From Macrostomum hystrix (lineage: Eukaryota; Animalia; Platyhelminthes): a DNA stretch of 64,000 nt. Positions 22,601-37,300 of the stretch are shown piece by piece. The translations under genes and the position numbers were made by a program. Within the stretch, counting starts at the first letter, position 1. Every line of letters starts with the position of its first letter. The notes under the pieces were generated by a model, which worked only from the letters and a program-made list of their open reading frames with translations, was not told the DNA's origin and made no database searches. The DNA is taken from contig CATNEN010000001.1 in assembly GCA_950097015.1 (NCBI GenBank), positions 27,491,946-27,555,945 of the forward strand, read 5' to 3'.

Positions 22601-25600
22601 CATTTTCTTCGAAATCTCGTAATCTAATTACCCTAGGGGGGGATTGGCTGGTCTTTCGACATTTTCCTGGTTTTCCTAGATAAAGTTACACCGAGAAATG
22701 TTTCTGCGTTTTTCTGCTCCAGGGCGACCTGGACAAGGGCATCAAAGCCATGGACGCCGCCATCGCCAGCATGCCGAGAACGAAGCACCGGCTGCTCATC
22801 TTCAAGCACCGCATACTCACGAGGGCCAAGCTTGGCCAGTCTGTGGCCATGGACATTCAGAAGTTCCGCGTGAGTTTTGACCATTTGCGTATTGTCTGGC
22901 TGCCACAGGTATGAGTCTACTGCTCTGCGTGCGTCTGTGTAGCATGCTCAGAGCTCTGGACTTCTGTTCCAGACGCCCTACTCTCGATTGAGCTGATCGG
23001 CAGTTCGATTGTCGACCCAAAGGGTGCCATTTGCATTTTATTCTAAATTACTTCAGTTCACCCCAGTAGTAAAATAGGTGCCTCCCCCTACCCAGTCCAT
23101 GGACTGAAAAGCTGGCTAAACTGGGATATTTGCCAATTCTAACCTTCTGTCGAAGATTATGCAGCGCGATTAACGTTTTTGCCTGTCGTACCAAGGTCCT
23201 GAGCTCGATTCCGCGGCGAGGCCTTTTGTCGTGCAATTAAAGCCCTTCAGGGCCAACTTCCAAGGCACAGTGAAAGTGAACACTGCCTGATGATGAGAAA
23301 GTCAGGCCAGATGTGTGTGTGTACGCGTGTGTGCTCAGGAGTCAGCGAAATGGGCAGAAATGCCTTCTCGCTGGCTGCGGGTCAAGTGGCCACCAAATGA
23401 TGTGCCATTGCCCGCAGCCCTCCTGCATAAAATATTATTATTAATATTACAAGAGCCATGAAATGTTGTTACTGTAAAATGAGTAGTTTAGAACTTTTAT
23501 AAGGAAGTTTTTCTTTAATTTCTGGCTAATTGTCTCTAATCAATCCACTTTTGTCGAGCTCAGACCGAACTGATCAAACTGAGACTTCCCGTAAGAAACT
23601 TAATGAGCGACCTTGGATTGACGCATAATTCTTTTCTGTAATATAACTGTTCAAATGCCCTTGAAATGCACATCGCACTGATTTTTCGACAGTAATTCAT
23701 GCACAGGATTCGACATTCTCACGCCTCTCTTTTGTTATTTTGCTATTCGTATTCACTTGTCACTACTTTACACTGATTATCAGTAGGCACATCCGAAAAA
23801 TGCCACTAATTTATATTAGAAACTTCAAATGTTCGAATACTTTCAGAGCGAACCGGAGGACAAACAGGCGGAGCTCTGGCGCATTGTTGCTCTGAGCAGT
23901 CACGACACGAAATCTCAGCTGGAGGCTTACAAGAACGCCATCGAGTGCATCACGGTAGGCTGAGTAATATCTGGTGCGCACTCAAGGAAAACGTATTAAA
24001 TCTAGAATGGGTCAGAATGGGATCTAGATGCGATCTAGTTGGGATCTGATGGGATCTAGTTGGGATCTGATGGGATCTAGCTGGGATCTGATGGGATCTA
24101 GTTGGGATCCATACTGGATCTAGAGGGGATCTAGTTAAGATCCGACGGGATCTAGTTGGGATCTGATGGGATCTAGTTGGGATCTGATGGGATCTAGTTG
24201 GGATCTGATGGGATCTAGTTGGGATCTGATGGGATCTAGTTGGGATCTGATGGATCTAGTTGGGATCTGATGGGATCTAGATGGGATCTAGAAAGGATCA
24301 GAATGGGATCTAGAAAGGATCAGAATGGGATCTAGATGGGATCTAGTTGGGATCCGATGGGATATAGTTGGGATCTGATGGGATCTAGTTGGGATCTGAT
24401 GGGATCTAGTTGGGATCTGATGGGATCTAGTTGGGATCTGATGGGATCTAGTTGGGATCTGATGGATCTAGTTGGGATCTGATGGGATCTAGATGGGATC
24501 TAGAAAGGATCAGAATGGGATCTAGAAAGGATCAGAATGGGATCTAGATGGGATCTAGTTGGGATCCGATGGGATATAGTTGGGATCTGATGGGATCTAG
24601 TTGGGATCTGATGGGATCTAGTTGGGATTCATAAGGGATCTAGATGGGATCTAGATAAGATTTTTAAACTGCAAGTTTTCACAAAAAACTAGCTACTTGC
24701 AGCTTCCGGAGCACGACTGGCTCAAAGTGGACCTGCTGGTGGAATTCTCCCAGTGGCTGTACACAAACAACTTCCCGTTGGACTTGTGCACTGCTCAGAT
24801 TGACTGGGCCATAGACATTCTGCTGGGCATGCCGTTTGAGGAGCCGGTCAAGGAGGACACCGGTAAGCTGCGGTCTGAGTGGCTTTTGCTCAAACACCTG
24901 GTTTATTGCTTGGCTTATCTGCACACAATTTTCTTTGCTGCTCTGCTGAAGATTCTCTCAGCTTCTCAACTGAAGATTCTCTCAGCTTCTAAACTGAAGA
25001 CTCTCAGCTTCTCAACTGAAGACTCTCAGCTTCTAAACTGAAGACTCTCAGCTTCTCAACTGAAGATTCTCTCAGCTTCTCAACTGAAGACTCTCAGCTT
25101 CTCAACTGAAGATTCTCAGCTTCTCAACTGAAGATTCTCAGCTTCTCAACTGAAGACTCTCAGCTTCTCAACTGAAGATTCTCTCAGCTTCTCAACTGAA
25201 GATTCTCTCAGCTTCTCAACTGAAGACTCTCAGCTTCTCAACTGAAGATTCTCTCAGCTTCTCAACTGAAGACTCTCAGCTTCTCAACTGAAGACTCTCA
25301 GCTTCTCAACTGAAGACTCTCAGCTTCTCAACTGAAGACTCTCAGCTTCTCAACTGAAGACTCTCAGCTTCTCAGCTGAAGATTCTCTCAGCTTCTCAAC
25401 TGAAGACTCTCAGCTTCTCAACTGAAGATTCTCTCAGCTTCTCAACTGAAGATTCTCTCAGCTTCTCAACTGAAGATTCTCTCAGCTTCTCAACTGAAGA
25501 TTCTCTCAGCTTCTCAACTGAAGACTCTCAGCTTCTCAACTGAAGATTCTCTCAGCTTCTCAACTGAAGACTCTCAGCTTCTCAACTGAAGATTCTCTCA

Positions 25601-28600
25601 GCTTCTCAACTGAAGACTCTCAGCTTCTCAACTGAAGACTCTCAGCTTCTCAACTGAAGACTCTCAGCTTCTCAACTGAAGACTCTCAGCTTCTCAACTG
25701 AAGATTCTCTCAGCTTCTCAACTGAAGACTCTCAGCTTCTCAACTGAAGACTCTCAGCTTCTCAACTGAAGACTCTCAGCTTCTCAACTGAAGACTCTCA
25801 GCTTCTCAACTGAAGACTCTCAGCTTCTCAACTGAAGACTCTCAGCTTCTCAGCTGAAGACTCTCAGCTTCTCAACTGAAGACTCTCAGCTTCTCAACTG
25901 AAGATTCTCTCAGCTTCTCAACTGAAGACTCTCAGCTTCTCAACTGAAGACTCTCAGCTTCTCAACTGAAGACTCTCAGCTTCTCAACTGAAGACTCTCA
26001 GCTTCTCAGCTGAAGACTCTCAGCTTCTCAACTGAAGACTCTCAGCTTCTCAACTGAAGATTCTCAGCTTCTCAACTGAAGACTCTCAGCTTCTCAACTG
26101 AAGACTCTCAGCTTCTCAACTGAAGACTCTCAGCTTCTCAACTGAAGACTCTCAGCTTCTCAACTGAAGACTCTCAGCTTCTCAACTGAAGACTCTCAGC
26201 TTCTCAGCTGAAGACTCTCAGCTTCTCAACTGAAGACTCTCAGCTTCTCAACTGAAGACTCTCAGCTTCTCAACTGAAGATTCTCAGCTTCTCAACTGAA
26301 GACTCTCAGCCTTTCAACTGAAGACTCTCTGAGCTTCTCAACTGAAGACTCTCAGCTTCTCAACTGAAGACTCTCAGCTTCTCAACTGAAGATTCTCTCA
26401 GCTTCTCAACTGAAGATTCTCTCAGCTTCTCAACTGAAGATTCTCTCAGCTTCTCAACTGAAGATTCTCTCAGCTTCTCAACTGAAGATTCTCTCAGCTT
26501 CTCAACTGAAGATTCTCTCAGCTTATCAACTGAAGACTCTCTCAGCTTCTCAACTGAAGACTCTCAGCTTCTCAACTGAAGACTCTCAGCTTCTCAACTG
26601 AAGACTCTCTCAGCTTCTCAACTGAAGACTCTCAGCTTCTCAACTGAAGACTCTCAGCTTCTCAACTGAAGACTCTCAGCTTCTCAACTGAAGACTCTCA
26701 GCTTCTCAACTGAAGACTCTCAGCTTCTCAACTGAAGACTCTCAGCCTTTCAACTGAAGACTCTCTGAGCTTCTCAACTGAAGACTCTCAGCTTCTCAAC
26801 TGAAGACTCTCAGCTTCTCAACTGAAGATTCTCTCAGCTTCTCAACTGAAGATTCTCTCAGCTTCTCAACTGAAGATTCTCTCAGCTTCTCAACTGAAGA
26901 TTCTCTCAGCTTATCAACTGAAGACTCTCTCAGCTTCTCAACTGAAGACTCTCAGCTTCTCAACTGAAGACTCTCAGCTTCTCAACTGAAGACTCTCAGC
27001 TTCTCAACTGAAGACTCTCAGCTTCTCAACTGAAGACTCTCAGCTTCTCAACTGAAGACTCCCTCTGCTTTCTATATGTGTATTTTGCTGTTTCTTATTA
27101 GCTTTTTTGCATGCTCACTTTAGTTTCTCAATGACTCATGCGTTGTATTTCGGAGCCCGAGACTGTTTCTTGACAAGCATTCTCGAGGTCGATCACTATC
27201 CCACCCGAAGTCGTGAATAAAAATCCCGAAATTGGCAGACAAAAAAGCTCGCGGCAAATCCCGGCAAAAGCCGCCGCCATCAGCGGCCTCCGCAGCGAAT
27301 CCTCAGCAGCAACAGCAGCTGCAGCCGCAGCAGAAGCGAGCGGGCGCTTCTGCAGCAAAGTCTGCAGCCACTGCATCGTCCGCAGCTGAAGGCGCTGCTT
27401 CAAAGAACACAGCTGCTGCTGCTGCTGCTGTTGCAGATCCGAATCAGCGCGAGCTACAGCAGCAGTCCTACATTCCAGTGGAAAAGAAAATTGTCATTGG
27501 TGTGTCTTGTGTGTCTGCCCCACTGCCTGTGTGTCTGCATTGGTCTAACTGTAGTCTGACCTGATTTTAAACACCTTTATATGCTCTAAATTCGCTACTC
27601 AGGTAGTTCTATCAACTTTGACGTTTTTAATTACTAAACTTGAAAATATCAATTAAAAATACCGATTTTTAAGGGCGATTTGACTGTCATTTATATCTGG
27701 TAAGGGTGTTAGACAGTCATTTGGGTGAGGTGAGGGTGTTAGACAGTCATTTGGGTGAGGTGAGGGTGTTAGACAGTCATTTAGATCTGATGAAGGTGTT
27801 AGACAGTCATATAGATCTGATGAAGGTGTTAGACAGTCATTTAGATCTGATGAAGGTGTTAGACAGTCATTTAGATCTGATGAAGGTGTTAGACAGTCAT
27901 TTAGATCTGATGAAGGTGTTAGACAGTCACTTAGATCTGATGAAGGTGTTAGACAGTCATTTAGATCTGATGAAGGTGTTAGACAGTCACTTAGATCTGA
28001 TGAAGGTGTTAGACAGTCACTTAGATCTGATGAAGGTATTAGACAGTCACTTAGATCTGATGAAGGTGTTAGACAGTCATTTAGATCTGATGAAGGTGTT
28101 AGACAGTCACTTAGATCTGATGAAGGTGTTAGACAGTCATTTAGATCTGATGAAGATGTTAGACAGTCATTTAGATCTGATGAAGGTGTTAGACAGTCAC
28201 TTAGATCTGATGAAGGTATTAGACAGTCACTTAGATCTGATGAAGGTGTTAGACAGTCATTTAGATCTGATGAAGATGTTAGACAGTCACTTAGATCTGA
28301 TGAAGGTGTTAGACAGTCACTTAGATCTGATGAAGGTGTTAGACAGTCATTTAGATCTGATGAAGGTGTTAGACAGTCATTTAGATCTGATGAAGGTGTT
28401 AGACAGTCATTTAGATCTGATGAAGGTGTTAGACAGTCACTTAGATCTGATGAAGGTGTTAGACAGTCATTTAGATCTGATGAAGGTGTTAGACAGTCAC
28501 TTAGATCTGATGAAGGTGTTAGACAGTCACTTAGATCTGATGAAGGTATTAGACAGTCACTTAGATCTGATGAAGGTGTTAGACAGTCATTTAGATCTGA

Positions 28601-31600
28601 TGAAGGTGTTAGACAGTCACTTAGATCTGATGAAGGTGTTAGACAGTCATTTAGATCTGATGAAGGTGTTAGACAGTCACTTAGATCTGATGAAGGTGTT
28701 AGACAGTCATTTAGATCTGATGAAGATGTTAGACAGTCATTTAGATCTGATGAAGGTGTTAGACAGTCACTTAGATCTGATGAAGGTATTAGACAGTCAC
28801 TTAGATCTGATGAAGGTGTTAGACAGTCATTTAGATCTGATGAAGATGTTAGACAGTCACTTAGATCTGATGAAGGTGTTAGACAGTCACTTAGATCTGA
28901 TGAAGGTATTAGACAGTCACTTAGATCTGATGAAGGTGTTAGACAGTCATTTAGATCTGATGAAGATGTTAGACAGTCATTTAGATCTGATGAAGGTGTT
29001 AGACAGTCATTTAGATCTGATGAAGGTGTTAGACATTCATTTAGATCTGATGAAAGTGTTAGACATTCATTTAGATCTGATGTAGGTGTTAGACATTCAT
29101 TTAGATCTGATGAAGGTGTTAGACATTCATTTAGATCTGATGAAGGTGTTAGACATTCATTTAGATCTGATGAAGGTGTTAGACATTCATTTAGATCTGA
29201 TGAAGGTGTTAGACATTCATTTAGATCTGATGAAGGTGTTAGACATTCATTTAGATCTGATGAAGGTGTTAGACAGTCATTTAGATCTGATGAAGGTGTT
29301 AGACATTCATTTCGATCTGATGAAGGTGTTAGACATTCATTTAGATCTGATGTAGGTGTTAGACATTCATTTAGATCTGATGAAGGTGTTAGACAGTCAT
29401 TTAGATCTGATGAAGGTGTTAGACATTCATTTAGATCTGATGTAGGTGTTAGACATTCATTTAGATCTGATGAAGGTGTTAGACAGTCACTTAGATCTGA
29501 TGAAGGTATTAGACAGTCACTTAGATCTGATGAAGGTGTTAGACAGTCATTTAGATCTGATGAAGGTGTTAGACATTCATTTAGATCTGATGAAGGTGTT
29601 AGACAGTCATTTAGATCTGATGAAGATGTTAGACAGTCATTTAGATCTGATGAAGGTGTTAGACAGTCATTTAGATCTGATGAAGTTGTTAGACAGTCAT
29701 TTAGATCTGATGAAGGTGTTAGACAGTCATTTAGATCTGATGAAGGTGTTAGACAGTCATTTAGATCTGATGAAGGTATTAGACAGTCATTTAGATCTGA
29801 TGAAGGTGTTAGACAGTCATTTAGATCTGATGAAGGTGTTAGACAGTCATTTAGATCTGATGAAGGTGTTAGACATTCATTTAGATCTGATGTAGGTGTT
29901 AGACAGTCATTTAGATCTGATGAAGGTGTTAGACATTCACTTAGATCTGATGAAGGTGTTAGACATTCATTTAGATCTGATGTAGGTGTTAGACAGTCAT
30001 TTAGATCTGATGAAGGTGTTAGACATTCATTTAGATCTGATGTAGGTGTTAGACAGTCATTTAGATCTGATGAAGGTGTTAGACAGTCACTTAGATCTGA
30101 TGAAGGTATTAGACAGTCACTTAGATATGATGAAGGTGTTAGACAGTCACTTAGATCTGATGAAGGTGTTAGACAGTCATTTAGATCTGATGAAGGTGTT
30201 AGACAGTCACTTAGATCTGATGAAGGTGTTAGACAGTCACTTAGATATGATGAAGGTGTTAGACAGTCATTTAGATCTGATGAAGGTGTTAGACAGTCAC
30301 TTAGATCTGATGAAGGTGTTAGACAGTCACTTAGATCTGATGAAGGTATTAGACAGTCACTTAGATATGATGAAGGTGTTAGACAGTCATTTAGATCTGA
30401 TGAAGGTGTTAGACATTCATTTAGATCTGATGAAGGTGTTAGACAGTCACTTAGATCTGATGAAGGTGTTAGACAGTCACTTAGATCTGATGAAGGTATT
30501 AGACAGTCACTTAGATATGATGAAGGTGTTAGACAGTCATTTAGATCTGATGAAGATGTTAGACAGTCACTTAGATCTGATGAAGGTGTTAGACAGTCAC
30601 TTAGATCTGATGAAGGTGTTAGACAGTCACTTAGATCTGATGAAGGTGTTAGACAGTCATTTAGATCTGATGAAGGTGTTAGACAGTCATTTAGATCTGA
30701 TGAAGGTGTTAGACATTTAGATCTGATGAAGGTGTTAGACATTTAGTTCTGATGAAGGTGTTAGACATTTAGATCTGATGAAGGTGTTAGACAGTCATTT
30801 AGATCTGATGAAGGTGTTAGACAGTCATTTAGATCTGATGAAGGTGTTAGACAGTCATTAGATCTGATGAAGGTGTTAGACAGTCATTAGATCTGATGTA
30901 GGTGTTAGACATTCATTTAGATCTGATGTAGGTGTTAGACAGTCATTTAGATCTGATGAAGGTGTTAGACAGTCATTTAGATCTGATGTAGGTGTTAGAC
31001 AGTCATTTAGATCTGATGAAGGTGTTAGACAGTCATTTAGATCTGATGAAGGTGTTAGACATTCATTTAGATCTGATGTAGGTGTTAGACATTCATTTAG
31101 ATCTGATGAAGGTGTTAGACAGTCATTTAGATCTGATGAAGGTGTTAGACAGTCACTTTAGATCTGATGAAGGTGTTAGACAGTCATTTAGATCTGATGA
31201 AGGTGTTAGACAGTCATTTAGATCTGATGAAGGTGTTAGACATTCATTTAGATCTGATGAAGGTGTTAGACATTCATTTAGATCTGATGAAGGTGTTAGA
31301 CATTCATTTAGATCTGATGTAGGTGTTAGACATTCATTTAGATCTGATGTAAGGTGTTAGACAGTCATTTAGATCTGATGAAGGTGTTAGACATTCATTT
31401 AGATCTGATGTAGGTGTTAGACAGTCATTTAGATCTGATGAAGGTGTTAGACATTCATTTAGATCTGATGTAGGTGTTAGACATTCATTTAGATCTGATG
31501 AAGGTGTTAGACAGTCACTTAGATCTGATGAAGGTGTTAGACAGTCACTTAGATCTGATGAAGGTGTTAGACAGTCATTTAGATCTGATGAAGATGTTAG

Positions 31601-34349
31601 ACAGTCACTTAGATCTGATGAAGGTGTTAGACAGTCATTTAGATCTGATGTAGGTGTTAGACATTCATTTAGATCTGATGAAGGTGTTAGACAGTCACTT
31701 AGATCTGATGAAGGTGTTAGACAGTCATTTAGATCTGATGAAGGTGTTAGACATTTAGATCTGATGAAGGTGTTAGACATTTAGATCTGATGTAGGTGTT
31801 AGACATTCATTTAGATCTGATGAAGGTGTTAGACAGTCACTTAGATCTGATGAAGGTGTTAGACAGTCATTTAGATCTGATGAAGGTGTTAGACATTCAT
31901 TTAGATCTGATGAAGGTGTTAGACAGTCATTTAGATCTGATGAAGATGTTAGACAGTCACTTAGATCTGATGAAGGTGTTAGACAGTCATTTAGATCTGA
32001 TGAAGGTGTTAGACATTCATTTAGATCTGATGTAGGTGTTAGACAGTCATTTAGATCTGATGAAGGTGTTAGACAGTCATTTAGATCTGATGTAGGTGTT
32101 AGACATTCATTTAGATCTGATGTAGGTGTTAGACATTCATTTAGATCTGATGTAGGTGTTAGACAGTCATTTAGATCTGATGAAGGTGTTAGACAGTCAT
32201 TTAGATCTGATGAAGGTGTTAGACATTCATTTAGATCTGATGTAGGTGTTAGACAGTCATTTAGATCTGATGAAGGTATTAGACAGTCACTTAGATCTGA
32301 TGAAGGTGTTAGACATTCATTTAGATCTGATGTAGGTGTTAGACATTCATTTAGATCTGATGAAGGTGTTAGGCAGTCATTTAGATCTGATGAAGGTGTT
32401 AGACAGTCATTTAGATCTGATGAAGGTGTTAGGCAGTCATTTAGATCTGATGAAGGTGTTAGACAGTCATTTAGATCTGATGAAGGTGTTAGACAGTCAT
32501 TTAGATCTGATGAAGGTGTTAGACAGTCATTTAGATCTGATGAAGGTGTTAGACATTCATTTAGATCTGATGAAGGTGTTAGACAGTCATTTAGATCTGA
32601 TGAAGGTGTTAGACAGTCATTTAGATCTGATGAAGGTGTTAGACATTCATTTAGATCTGATGAAGGTGTTAGACAGTCATTTAGATCTGATGAAGGTGTT
32701 AGACATTCATTTAGATCTGATGAAGGTGTTAGACATTCATTTAGATCTGATGAAGGTGTTAGACATTCATTTAGATCTGATGTAGGTGTTAGACATTCAT
32801 TTAGATCTGATGAAGGTGTTAGACATTCATTTAGATCTGATGTAGGTGTTAGACATTCATTTAGATCTGATGAAGGTGTTAGACAGTCATTTAGATCTGA
32901 TGAAGGTATTAGACAGTCATTTAGATCTGATGAAGGTATTAGACAGTCATTTAGATCTGATGAAGGTGTTAGACAGTCATTTAGATCTGATGAAGGTGTT
33001 AGACAGTCATTTAGATCTGATGAAGGTGTTAGACATTCATTTAGATCTGATGAAGGTGTTAGACAGTCATTTAGATCTGATGAAGGTGTTAGACAGCCAT
33101 TTAGATCTGATGTAGGTGTTAGACATTCATTTAGATCTGATGAAGGTGTTAGACAGTCATTTAGATCTGATGAAGGTGTTAGACAGCCATTTAGATCTGA
33201 TGAAGGTGTTAGACATTCATTTAGATCTGATGAAGGTGTTAGACAGTCATTTAGGTCTAGTGAGTTAGACAATCACGTTGGATGTTTTTAGACAGTAATC
33301 ATGAAGCTCAATTAATTAATGTGGCCAGCATGTTTGTACTTTTCGTAAAGTAACAAATCTTGTATGGCATAGTAACTAATTTTCTGTTTGATTAACTTAA
33401 AAAGTTTCTGTTACTAATCAACACAATTATAGTTCTTACTAATAGTAATACTAAACAGACTTGTGTACACCAATCTTATTCTCAGACAACAAATCTGATT
33501 GTGTTGCTAGATCGTTCTAACCCAATTCTTGATGATTAAGCAGACAAAGTCTGTCCTAACTATGTAGTTCATTAATTTCAGCCTTGATTAAAGCTAATAA
33601 TGTATTTTTAGATTGCATATAAGAACGACTAACTTGGGTGAGTTGTAGAGCGGTTAACGCGTTTGCCTCTCGCACCAAGGTCCCTGAGCTCGATTCCGCG
33701 GCGAGGCCACATTTATTTAGGGCGCAGCGGCGGAGAGAAGGATTGGGGGCTTGTCTTGCAATTTTCGCCCTTCAGGGCCAACCTCCAAGGCACAGTGAGT
33801 GTACTCTGCGTACAGTATCTGTGGCGTGTGTGCTCAGGAGTCAGCGAAATGGGCAGAATTGCCTCCTCGCTGGCTGCAGGTCTAGTGTCACGAAATGATG
33901 TGCCATTGCTCCCAACCCTCCTGCAATAATTATTATGGGTAATCCGTCAAGGTCACAAGAGGCAACATTTAGATCGTGGCGTGAGTGAGGTGTTTTAGAA
34001 AGTTCTTTAAACGTCACACAGAGAAAGCTTCATTCTGAATTTGAAATACTTCAACTTAATTAGTATTTTCTGACAGGTTTAATTTTATTTTAATCACCGA
34101 ATCGCAGGTGTTAACACCAGCGCCAAACCTGTGACCAGCTTCTCGGCTCTATTCAACGTGCGCCAGCTGGACAACCTGCTGCGCTGTTTCTGCCTCCTCG
34201 CCCGCCTGGCCACCCCGGCCAGCCCCGCACATCGGCACGCGCTGCACGCCGCCCACGCGTGCGTTGTGCGCATCTTCCAGGTGGCCGTGCCGGCCGCACT
34301 GCCAGCCTCCAGGGAGGCCGCCAAAACCAAGGTCGAGGAGAAGGAGAAG

Positions 34350-34381
<32 letters not shown>

Positions 34382-37300
34382 AAAGGGCGGCAAAGGCGGG
34401 AAAGGCGCCGGAAAAGACAAAGAGGTCAGTAAGCTCAGTAAATAATGTGCGTTTCAGGTGCGATTGTAGAGTACGTTGGTCTATGGGTGGTCTTGATAAT
34501 ATTTGATATATCTAAATTTACATTGGTTTATGGGTATCAGAATGTATGCCGCACATTTGTCTACGGGCGTGTCTAGGTGTACATTGGTCTATGGGCGTGT
34601 CTAGGTGTACATTGGTCTATGGGCGTGTCTAGGTGTACATTGGTCTATGGGCGTGTCTAGGTGTACATTTGTCTATGGCTGTCTAGGTGTACATTTGTCT
34701 ATGGGTGTGTCTAGGTGCACATTCGTCTATGGGTGTGTCTTAGTGCATATTTGTCTATGGGTGTGTCTAGGTGTACATTGGTCTATGGGCATGTCTAAGT
34801 GTACATTTGTCTATGGGCGTGTCCAAGTGTACATTTGTCTATGGGTGTGTCTAAGTGCACATTTGTCTATGGGTGTCTAGGTGCACATTTGTCTATGGGT
34901 CTCTAGGTGTACATTGGTCTATGGGGGTGTCTAAGTGTACATTTGTCTATGGGCGTGTCTAAGTGTACATTTTTCTATGGGCGTGTCTAAGTGTACATTT
35001 TTCTATGGGCGTGTCTAAGTGTTCATTTTTCTATGGGCGTGTCTAAGTGTACATTTGTCTATGGGTGTGTCTAAGTGTACATTTGTCTATGGGGGTGTCT
35101 ACATTTACATTCATATATTGATGTGGCTCACCCATTATTCACATTAAGTCTATAAAAATCTTAAGTCCTAATATATATTTCTCAGCGTATTTCAGTGTAC
35201 AAAGATTTATAACTGTAATTACTCGTAGTTCTTTGCACATGGAAAATGTATGAGCTAAGCAATTTCTGCTTTAGTTTAGCACTGTAAGAGCCGACGAACC
35301 CAACAGCACATTATTTAATTATACGCCTTATAATAAGCTAACTATCGTAGACTTACTTTTTTGTGTTAAATATTCACCTAATTGGTGCAGAACTATTAAA
35401 TTAAAATGGGCTTGTCTAAAACGAAGCGATTTAGATTGTTTAAACAAAAACTCGCAACAATTTAAACGCACAGGAGCTGACCTCACTGATCAGTTTTGCT
35501 GCTGCAGCAGCTCTAAAACCAGTTAATGATGTACGGCTTTATTTCTTTTTTCCTACAATATTTTTTTACGATGCACTGAAACTCACAGGTCATCAAATGC
35601 AAGGATCAATTATACGCAATTTAAATATTTATCTGCTGAGTTAGCATTATATGCCTTTCGTTAAGCCAAAGTTCTCACGTTGACAACCTAAACACCTTCT
35701 AGGATTTAGATAGGCGTATTGGAATTCAAATTAAATTCCTTTATTATTAAAATCGGTTCCTGCATTTTTTCACATTTTAGTAGGGGTTGTAGCATTGTGC
35801 CAAGTGGTTGGAGGGTCGGGCCTATGACTTGAAGGTCTGGGGTTCGATTTCCGACTACATTGAAAACGAATGTGCCCCTTTAGCTCGATACCTAACTGTT
35901 AAATAGGTAACAGCTATAGCTGGGGGTAACTGAGGGTGGGTGTCCCCCTGTCCACGGACTGAACAGCCGTACGCAGCTTTCAGAGGTCCAATTTAGTGCA
36001 ATCGTACTATAAAATAATTCAATATTAGGAAAATATATTTTCTTATCCATCATATTTTCATTCCGTTTCAGTCCGTCCCGGGAATCATTGAGTTAGAAGT
36101 AGGAAGAATTTGTGCTCACCAATTTTGCCTCATTGAAAATATTTATAACAGCTTCGATTTTTTGATTCCTTATTTTTTTGTTTTACTTGCGTGCTCATGT
36201 AAATTGGCGCAGGCTTAGCAACTGGAGTCCCGTTTATTCCTAGTGCTGCACATTTATGCTCTGTTTTCATTTAGATTTAGATTTCATTGACTCTGTTTAA
36301 AGTTAGTAAAATTTGTACAACTCTGTACATGTCCGCGTACTCACAGCCACCCATTGAGCTGACAATGTGCTTGATAACAGGCGAAACAGATGGTAACCAT
36401 GCACTCTTTCCGTTTGAAAACACAATTAATCGATGGAGCATTTCAATTGAAAACTACTAACAATTTTGCAGCCCCAGAAAGAGAAGCCGAAGCGCAAGGG
36501 CGGCCTGGACTTTGTGCCCCAGTCGGCTGAGGACTGGGCCACCTACGATGTGCCCGACGAGCTGCTGGAGGTGTTCAAGCGCCAAGACTTGATGCCAGCA
36601 ACCGGATTGGGACTGCACAACATCGCCAAGCCGGTGAGTTTCTAAATGCTTTTCAGGTGGTATTCCGAACTGATTACTGATTTGTTTTCTTTGGCGAAAA
36701 ATTCCGCAGACAATCACTCTATACTACTGCCGTCTACTCACTGAGAAACTTCGCAACGTCGGCTTGAGCCACCTGAGCTTGCCAGTGCTGGCTCTGCAGG
36801 ACTGTCTCACTCGCGACCTGTGCAAGAGTAGGCCGGCCAACTGCCTCGTCCACCTGACGTGAGTGCCTTCCAAAGCTGTCTTTTTGCGTGGGGGCAGCGT
36901 TGAAGTAGAGTAAAATCGATATGCAAACAAAATCCCCTGGTATACCTGACTAACTCCTGAGCTCGAATCTACAGCGAGGCCACTTATTCGTGTTTATTAT
37001 ACATGCATGCTGTTCCATGGATGCTACGGGACTGGGGACTTCATTTGGTATTGCAGCGCCATGGACGTCTGCCTGGAGCTCTGCCTCCACCGCGGTGTCG
37101 AGTTCCATGAGCACTGCGCCGGTGAGATCGCCCCGGGCGTAGACGAGCTCACAGAGAATCGCAAGATGCTCGTTCAGTGGCGCGAACGACGCGCCCAGGT
37201 TCGCCGCGAAGAGGCGCGTGCTCGCGAGTCGCTGGCCGAGCTGGCGCGCGAGCTGGGCCGCGACCCGGCTGAGCTGACGGCCGCGGCTGGAACTGTCCGC

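Noticed and set aside
24944-33270. Hammerhead (CUGANGA) or C/D-box motifs in the 22-bp and 30-bp satellites
   Set aside because: CTGAAGA and CTGATGA occur in the units, but the GAAA core and stems are absent, and no snoRNA-like structure is evident.
27653-33272. Long ORFs (1029 aa, 499 aa, 459 aa) of CLTPSSDLND / LDSHLDLMKV repeats
   Set aside because: They are translations of a 30-bp intronic minisatellite with no unique flanking coding sequence, and the CFAP46 exons splice across it in phase.
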